A DNA stretch of 62,963 bases, counting the filler, from Vannella sp. (Eukaryota): assembly GCA_023345925.1 (NCBI GenBank). It is 6 parts of 6 records of this genome, joined end to end, with 100 filler letters (N's around TTAATTAATTAA, not from the genome) between each part and the next. Parts side by side here need not be neighbours in the genome. Positions count along the whole stretch, not along the records: positions 52,707 to 57,343 come from JAJQQN010000680.1; positions 57,444 to 62,963 come from JAJQQN010000619.1; 4 more parts are not named here. One strand, given 5' to 3'. How positions within the stretch are numbered: position 1 is the first letter of the stretch; each line of letters begins with the position of its first letter. The position numbers and the translations under genes were made by a program. Below are positions 55,112 to 62,963 of the stretch, one piece after another. The notes below the pieces were generated by a model. That model ran no database searches. It was not told where the DNA came from and saw only the letters and a program-made list of their open reading frames with translations.

Positions 55112-57289
55112 ATGTCGAGGGGTCTTCTGTCCGTCAAGGACAAGCAAAGGGGTGAGCAGATAGGCCTTATGAAGGATGTAGCTGATGATTGTGGTTAAGA
55201 GGGCCTGATTAGGCTTCTGAACTTCAATAGAGAGGAAGAGGCGGAGCAGAAATGGGAAGGGGACTCGTGGAAAGTCCTCATTTATGACGCTCACTGCTCT
55301 GACATCATTGCACCTCTTCTTCGTGTTCACCAGCTCCGAGAGCAAGGGGTGACTCTCCATTTGTAGGTTCTCTACCCTCGTACAGGTCATGAGCTCATTT
55401 CGATCGCGTTAAGATTGCTTCACCGCGACCGCCAGCCTATTCCAGACGTTCCAGCGATCTACTTCATCTCCCCCTCTGCAGAGAACATCCAAAGACTGGC
55501 AGAAGACTGCGCTGGACGCTTGTACGATGGATTCCACGTCAACTTTTGTTCCAACTTCCCGCGGCCTTTGATGGAGGATCTAGCGACCAAAACGATCCGC
55601 ACAGAGTCTGTTCACCTTCTCCAGAGCGTGCATGACCAGTACCTGGACTTTGTCGGGCTGGAGCACGGCTTGTTCTCCCTCAACCTTAATGGCAGCCTCG
55701 TGTCGTCCTATCATCAGCGTTTGACCGATGAGGAGGCTGCTAAGTACGTGGAGCTTGTAGCAGATAGGTTGTTCGGGGTCCTGGTAACCATGGTGGGTCC
55801 CCTCACGATGACTGATTGCTCGATGTCTCATGCCTGTCCAACAGGGCGTCATTCCTATCATTCAGTGCCCTCCCAATGGGATGGCAGAGCACGTAGCAAG
55901 AGCTGTGGATAAGAAGCTCCGGGAGCATCTGTTGCAGGGTGGTGGGGACAGTGGAAGTACACTTCTGAGCTTCCAACGACCAGTCTTGGTGTTGATGGAC
56001 CGAACCGTCGACCTTTCTGTGATGCTCCACCACCCTTGGACCTACCAAGCGATGGTTCAGGACCTGCTTAAGGCACAACTCAACCGGGTATGGTTCACTC
56101 CCACCAAAAAGGATGAATCGACAGACTCGGTGGTGAGCGAGGTAGTTTATGAGCTTGAGGAGGACTTGGATGAGTTCTGGGCGGAACACCGCTACTCTCA
56201 GTTCCCTCAGATGGCAGAAGCTGTTCACGTTCGCATCAGCGAGCTGAAAAAGAGGAAGGAACAACTCACTAAAACCATTGGGGAGGGAGTGGAAGGGGAG
56301 GAACTCCGTCGCCAACTAGCAGATAACACTCAAAGCTTGCGCCAGATGGCCACATCACTCCCTCAGTTGCAAGAACAGAAGAAGTTCATTGATATGCACT
56401 TGGCTTTAGCCACGGGAATCCTCCACATGATTAATGATCGTGACTTGAACGTTTACGTGACTTTAGAAAATAGCATTATGCAAAGTCTCTCACAGGACAA
56501 GTCAGAAGTACTTCAGGTTCTCCAACAGAACAAAGGGACTGCAGAGGACAAATTGCGCCTCTATCTTATCTACTATCTTCACAGAGAGGCTATCACTGCC
56601 GCTGAGGCTGAGGAAATTGAGTCTAAGCTCTCAAGTGACACTCCTTTCCTCGCTGCCTCTGCTTTTGTGAAAAAGTAAGCTCTTTTCTTCCTTCCTTTGG
56701 GCCAAACTCAGTGGGTTTAGGATGAAAGCCTTTTCAGCTTCTCTTGTTCCTCAGAGACCAGTTGCAACATCCAAATCCCAGGGAGGACTTATGTCGACGT
56801 TGGGAAAGCTCACCAATAAGGCGCGCATGGGAGACTTGGTATCCTTCGTGCAAGGAGGAGTGAGTAACATGATGAGCGGGCCTTCCAAGGACTTGAAGGT
56901 GGCCAGACTCGTTGAGAGTATAATGGACACCAAAGCTTCACCAGAGACAGAAAGATATCTTTATTTTGACCCCAAGGTAGACCCTCACGCACGGGCGAAG
57001 GGGCAAAAAGCTTATTCATCGACTAGATCCAAATGAGTGCCTCTGGCAGCATCCCCAGGAAGTCCACTCCTTTCAAGGAGGCGATTGTCTTTATGGTGGG
57101 CGGTGGAAACTACACCGAGTACCAAAACCTTCAGCAAATGGCCAAGGTTAGTCTCTCCTATTGTCCTTTCATCAAACTGACTTGAATCAGCGTTCTGCCC
57201 AGCCGAAGAACATTGTCTACGGAGCCACCGAGCTTCAAACTGCACAGCAGTTCCTCGAACAAGCAGAGGAAGTCGGGCTCTCTTTCTAA
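55112..57289 (+). CDS. SLY1: Sec1/Munc18-family protein Sly1/SCFD1; multi-exon
   Basis: [80 protein letters not shown] and YGATE. Confidence 0.94.
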
Positions 57290-57343
57290 CCCTCTCCCCA
57301 TCCACTGGACAAGAGTCTTCTTCGTCTCCCATCCTTCCAAGCG

Positions 57344-57443
57344 NNNNNNNNNNNNNNNNNNNNNNNNNNNNNNNNNNNNNNNNNNNNTTAATTAATTAAN
57401 NNNNNNNNNNNNNNNNNNNNNNNNNNNNNNNNNNNNNNNNNNN
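57344..57443. other. Artificial contig linker
   Basis: N44-TTAATTAATTAA-N44. Confidence 0.97.
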
Positions 57444-58469
57444 GATTGGACCGGCAGTTTCAAACTGTCCAAAGTAACCACAGCCAAGATAGAAGGTTGG
57501 CCGGTAGCCGTTATCAGCACTCGTATCTCCAGCAATGTTCCAAGAGTCACAGTCGGATTGCCCGCTGAGGCCAAGGAGCTGCTTCGTAATTGCAGCATAC
57601 GCCTGAAGCGCATTATTGGGGTTGTCCAACATGGCTGTGCAAAGCAGATCCCGATAAGAGCTTATACCGAAGGTAAGCAACTGGCTGATAACATAAAAGA
57701 ACTGAGTGTTATCAGGAACATCGTCACATCCAAACATAGTCTTAATCAATTCATCCTCTGCTTCAGTCCCAGTCAGCGCACGCTCTGTCTCTTCAATTGC
57801 ATTGTGAATCGCAGCGGAACACTCTGAACCAGCCAGGATCGCGTAATACTTGAAATATTCGTAAAAGTCAGAACGAGCTTCGACTGGCCCCGCCACGGCC
57901 ACGGTCCCCAGAATGACATTGGGGAACTTCTCTCGAGCCCAGATGGCGTAGTTAGCATTGAGGTACTCGCCAATGAGGATCCAAGGGGTGTCAGCGTAGA
58001 AGGGATAGTGCTGGATGAAAGATTGCCGGAAGGAGATCAGGTCGACAAGGTTTTGCTCTGGGGTCTGGAACCGGAAGGTTTGGGAAGTGAAGTTGACAGT
58101 GGGGTTACTCTCTCCGCTGTAGCGCACTTCCAGCTCAATCTGAACGGCGTGGAGAGCAAGAGCCCACTGGGAGATCGCGCTGGCTTGAAGATCGATCTCT
58201 GGAGCGGCAAAGTTGGTCAAATAGACCAAAGCTGGCCCTCCTGATTGATAGTAGTCCTCATTCACCCAATAGTTCTGCCGAAAGGTGCTCGAATCCTCCG
58301 GGTTGAAATGATCCCGCTCCTAATCGCCCTTCCCTCTCAGAAGAAGCCCCTTTCCCCAGATCATCCTCACCTGCGAGAAAGAGTAGGCTGATACCTTCCC
58401 TACTACCGATCCAACTGCCAATCCCAACATAAGAACAACCAAGAGGGAGACCAAGAAGGTCTGCCTCAT
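57444..58469 (-). CDS. Peptidase S28-family homologue, secreted, 3' truncated, nucleophile motif degenerate
   Basis: Signal peptide; DHFNP..TFRQNYWVNEDYY..GGP, LEVRYSGESNP, EQNLVDL and WAREKFP..GTVAVAGPV. GGSY is replaced by GEYL. Confidence 0.85.
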
Positions 58470-58565
58470 CAAGGGAAGGCGAAAAAAATAAAACAATTCC
58501 AGGAATTTAGAGCTTTGGTGTGGTTGGCTCACCGACAGTCCCTTTTTTGGGCATTTGGTCCAAGG

Positions 58566-61500
58566 ATGGAGGCGAGAGCTGTTCTTGTTCGCCTCCCGAA
58601 CCAGCAGGGCGGTTCAAAGGTTCACCCAGTGGAGTATGAAGAGGGCTGGACAGTGTGGAGAGTCAAGGTGGCCATATCTCTCTATTCTGGCGTTCCCCCT
58701 TCGAAACAGAACCTTTTCTTCAACGAGAAGGAGCTGGATGTAGGTTCTTACTTATGCCCTTTGACCTTTGTTGATCCTCTCCTGATAGAACAGTGAACTC
58801 TTACGTTCTCTTCCTGCCAATACGGGAGCAAAGCCTCTTCTCACCCTCATGCCAAAAGCGGATGGCAAAAAGAAGCAGTCCTCGCGCAAGAAGAAGCTGA
58901 TTCGAGGCAAACGCCTTCGTGAAAGTGTGCATCCTTTGGTAAGTCATCTTCAGGTCCTTCGTGTCCCTCACCACGCAAGCAGAACTGCTACGCCGCTGGT
59001 CGGGGTCTCTCTCGAGCTGTGGCTGGCATCACCACGCACATCAAAGTTCAGGCGATCGCAAAAGACTTTCAACCTCTGTACTCAAAGGACGGGGTACGTC
59101 CCTAGATGCCCTGACGTGCTGGTCGCTGATATGGGATGCAAGCGCATGTTTGATGGGTTCGTCCGCCCCTGGGGCGCAGCTGTAACCACTGAGGAGCCAG
59201 AACCAGTTGATTTCTCCTATGATATGAAAGATGCATCCATGGGAACTGCTTCGTGGACGCCCCGGAGTGCGGGGGACTTTGCCATTCATCTTCGGGTCTT
59301 CTCTGTCGATGGCCCGATGGAGATCTGTGGGAGCCCTTTCCTTGTTCAAGTGGTGGACCGTAAGACCTCTTTATCCTCTGTTATGGCACCCCCTAAGTAG
59401 CTGTGATCTAGATGGGAACAGCGGAGCCACAGTGAAGCGGATGATTCGTGAAAAGGAGTGGAACGTTGAAGCGGGACAGATCCTGGCAGACTGGGCCAGC
59501 AAGGAAGAGATGCACCCGGTCATCTTACAGCAAGTAGGATTGAGTGACATTCTCGAGCTTCTGGTGATGGAACCACAAACTCTCATTCAACCGGTCCTCT
59601 CGCTTGCAATCAGCCTGCTCATTCAAACAGACAGTACAAAGGCTCGTATTCTGAAAGAGGGAGGCATTTCTGGCCTGTCAGCGATTCTCTCCCTGACGAC
59701 AGAGACCAAGAACATCACTATTTCTCGCTTTGTCAGCCGTTCCTTTGCCACGATCGCTCAGTTGGCATCCAGTAAGTATTACTTGTTGTCTGGATAACTA
59801 ACTCAAGGCATCTCATAGCCTTCTTCGGATCGTCCGTCCAAGAGAGTCCGGAATGCAAACAGCTCTTCCACCTCTGTAACGTTCATTTCTTTACAATGGT
59901 GGGCCAACTCATCATAACCAATGACGCTGAAACCACACGCAATTGCGCCCGGGCTCTGGCTAGTTTCTCCGTTCACGAACACTTCCTGTCTCGGATTGTA
60001 GATTCCGGCATCTACCCTCAAGTTGTGGAGTTGTTCGAGAACCCTGAGAACGACTTGGCTATCCGGCGTTGTGGATTGACTACGCTAGCCAACTTTACAA
60101 CTGTGAGCCAATATGCAGCAAAGTATTTTACGGAGGCGCGAGTGACTCCCATCGTGAAAGTGCTTTCCAATCCGTTCACTGAGGATGTCATGGTCTCTGA
60201 TGCTGTGCGAGCACTTGCCAATCTTGCCCAAAACGGACGCTTTGCTGATTCCATGCTCGTCACATACGGACCTGAGCTGGAAATGATTCTTGGATATTGT
60301 GCAGGAACTGATTCGTTGACTTTATGGGAGGTTGGCGCTTGTTTGGAGCTTCTCCCCGCTAACGTGAACAAAAATCACTTCCGGGAAGACTATGTTAAGG
60401 CGTACCAGCGGAATGAGAACTTCAACTTCGAGGCAGTGCGGTTGATAGCAAATCTCTTGAACAATGTTACTACAGAGGCTGTGGCACTTACTAACAAGGT
60501 ACTGAAGTGCAATGTCATTCCTAATCTTGTCCTTTTCATCAAATCTTTGAACCTTGGGCTTCAATACGTGGCTTGCAAAGCAATCGCATCCTTAACATTC
60601 AATGAAGTTTGCAGGCAGCAGATTATTCAATACGAAGGTCTGGGTGCTCTGTGCTCTGCACTGAACACTTGCTCAAAGAAAGCAACCGCTCACATTGTCG
60701 CTGCGCTTGCTCAAATGCCTCTGGACGTGAAGGGAGTCCTTTTGAACATCATTGGAGACTCTGGCATTGAGAAGCTCATCACCTTACTGAAGCAGTCAGA
60801 CAATCAAAACCTTCAGAAGGACACAGCCATTCTCCTGGCATCTCTTGCTGGAAGTGGTACGTCTTTTCCAACTTTGCCCTTCAGCACTTTCTAACAGACA
60901 GCGTAGAGGAGAACAGAAAGATTGTCAATCAGGGAGGTCCAGCATTCCTTCGTAGTTTGATTGGCTTGGTTCAGCAGAGAAAGGTCAACGTGGAGACGCG
61001 TATTGCCCCTGAAGAGCTTACATTTGACAAAGTAGTTGGTCAAGGTATCAGCGGAATTGTGTGGAAAGCTACTTGGAAGTCTCAAGTCGTTGCTGTCAAG
61101 CGCTTCAACGAGGATTCTTTGGCTTTCAGCTTTGAAGAATTCACGAGCGAGACAGCACTAATGAGCGTATTGCGCCACCAAAACATTGTGCATTGCATTG
61201 GTAGCTGTGCAGAGCCTGAGAATCTTTACATCGTCTCTGAGTTGTTTGAAAAGGGATGCGTTTCTGATATTGTGGAAGACAAGTCCTACAATCTGACAAC
61301 TCAAATGGCCCTCCATCTCGCTTATGGCGCTGCCTGTGGGATGAAGTACCTTCACATGCTGGGTCTTATTCATCGAGATCTCAAGAACGGAAACCTTCTG
61401 GTCAGTGACAATTGGACAGCGAAAGTTGCCGACTTTGGACTATCTCGAATGACTGACAACAAAATGACGCGGGGAGTGGGAACTCCCATCTACACTGCAC

Positions 61501-62680
61501 CCGAGACGCTAAGGGGTAACGAGTACTCTCAGAAAGCTGATGTATATAGCTTTGCCTTTGTCATGTGGGAACTCTTCACTAGGGAGGTTCCATTCGGTGA
61601 CATACCTCCCTTTGAAGCAGTGCTCCGGGCGTCTGAACAGAATCTGCGGCCACCCATTCCACCAAACTGTGTGGTCGAAGGTCTAATCTCCAGTTGCTGG
61701 GACAAAGACCCTGATTCAAGACCCACTTTTGCAGAGATTGTCAATGTCTTACGCGAGTTGGTGGCTTTGGTGGGCCCTCCAAGTGAACTTTCGCAATCTG
61801 GATACGCAGAAGAAGACGAAACGGAAGACATCCAGTACAACTACTCACAAGCCAACCAAATTGTTCAAAGGACTCTCCGCCCGACCATCAAAGATAGGGG
61901 CAGAGCTTCTTCTTACTTGATAACAGAAACCACAAGCGCAAACCCTGCAGATGGAACGCAGGTCTTGGGGCGACCAAAACGCGACCGAAATGCAGAAAAA
62001 GTAGCGAGAGAAGATCGCAAGAGGAAGCGCACAGACAGCAGCGGAGAAAAAGGCTCTCGAGTGCGCCTTGGTAAAAAGGAGTCTCGCGGTTCCAAACCTG
62101 AGCTTACTTCGGTTTTTTCGGACATGAGAATCCAAGCGGAGACTCTTGAAGTTGAGTCCAGAGCCACTCCTCCGCCCCAACGCTTCGAAGCTGCTCAAGC
62201 TCCACCTGGAACACCCCCAATCCAGCATATTCCCACCTCTGCTGAGCCTAAGCGTACCCTTTCAAGCACACAACCAAGTAAGAGTTTTTTCTTTCCCCTT
62301 TTCCAGCTAACCAGATGCCAGTCAAACTACAAGAATGTGGACATTGCAAGAAATCCATTACTGGGCGCTCTTTGAGTGTGAACGACAGCTTATGGCATGT
62401 CGAGTGCTTCAAATGTAGTGCTTGCAACGTCTCCCTCATACAGCAAGCTTGGTGTACGCATGAGGATCGCCCGTATTGCCGGAAAGATTATCAAGAGCTG
62501 TTCTCCCCTCGCTGTGCACGTTGTAAGCAGATTCTGGAGTCCAAATACCTCCGAGCTATCGACCGAGACTGGCACAAAGAGTGCTTCACTTGCACTCAAT
62601 GCCTCTCTCCCCTTGGAAGCTTCGAAGAACACGCTGGGCAACCCTTCTGCCCCGCTTGTGGCTCTCAACGTGTGAGATAA
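58566..62680 (+). CDS. Multidomain TKL kinase: ubiquitin-like, filamin-like Ig, armadillo repeats, kinase, two LIM domains; multi-exon
   Basis: Ubl TVWRVKVAI..GVPPSKQNLFFNEKEL; filamin WTPRSAGDFAIHL..ICGSPFLVQV; ARM repeats with ALANL-type motifs; kinase GQGISG, VAVK, HRDLKNGN, DFG, GTPIYTAPE; LIM CGHC..WHVECFKCSAC..YCRKD and CARC..WHKECFTCTQC..FCPAC. Confidence 0.85.
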
Positions 62681-62963
62681 GCTCCCTTTTTCGAGTGCTA
62701 AATCTTCTACTGAATATAAGACATTGAGTGAAACGAATGGGTTTATCTATTGAATGGCTACAGGTGCATTCGAGATTCAGCAGAGAGAAGTCAGGGGTGG
62801 CGAGGGTCCTCAAACATCCAAAAAGGATCTGAAGGAGAGTTCCAACTAAACGCATAAGCATTCGTGTTTGGGGTATCCGCCTGCCCATCGTCCCTAGTGC
62901 AAGAGTTGCTTCGAAAGTAAGTTGCACTCCCAGCCAAAGTGCACTCTCATGCGCCAACGTGCC

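Noticed and set aside
12493..57443. Recurring TTAATTAATTAA flanked by N runs as a biological repeat
   Set aside because: It is an identical 100-nt six-frame-stop linker, i.e. an assembly concatenation artefact. Gene neighbourhoods across the linkers carry no meaning.
1..62963. Alternative genetic code to explain fragmented ORFs
   Set aside because: Breaks in conserved genes coincide with GT-AG introns, and TAA, TAG and TGA all terminate recognisable proteins.

Overview
Eukaryotic, extremely gene-dense DNA with short (about 35-60 nt) spliceosomal introns and the standard genetic code. The gene content (Zn2Cys6 factor, SRF MADS box, TKL kinases, Rac/Rap) suggests an amoebozoan-like protist; this is inference. 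The window is not one locus: it is six contig pieces joined by five identical 100-nt artificial linkers (N44-TTAATTAATTAA-N44). About 40 genes or fragments are supportable. Most are housekeeping or signalling genes (exportin-4, Yippee, UBAC1-like, BLTP3/SHIP164-like lipid-transfer protein, SFC1, Arp10, RPB7, PPCDC, Rac, tRNA-IPT, SRF, UXS1, Sly1). The most interesting locus is at about 20.4-24.4 kb: a Crinkler-type (CR) conflict/effector gene with a header, an NTPase and a PD-(D/E)xK nuclease, followed by a broken kinase. Other notable items: a secreted mucin-stalk protein with a bacterial-looking propeller domain, a Ubl-filamin-ARM-kinase-LIM protein, two motif-degenerate small GTPases, an S28 peptidase homologue lacking its catalytic serine, a 5x zinc-finger/RING protein, a frameshifted CYTH-like gene, and telobox-like motifs upstream of several genes. 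Exon boundaries were read by eye and are approximate.
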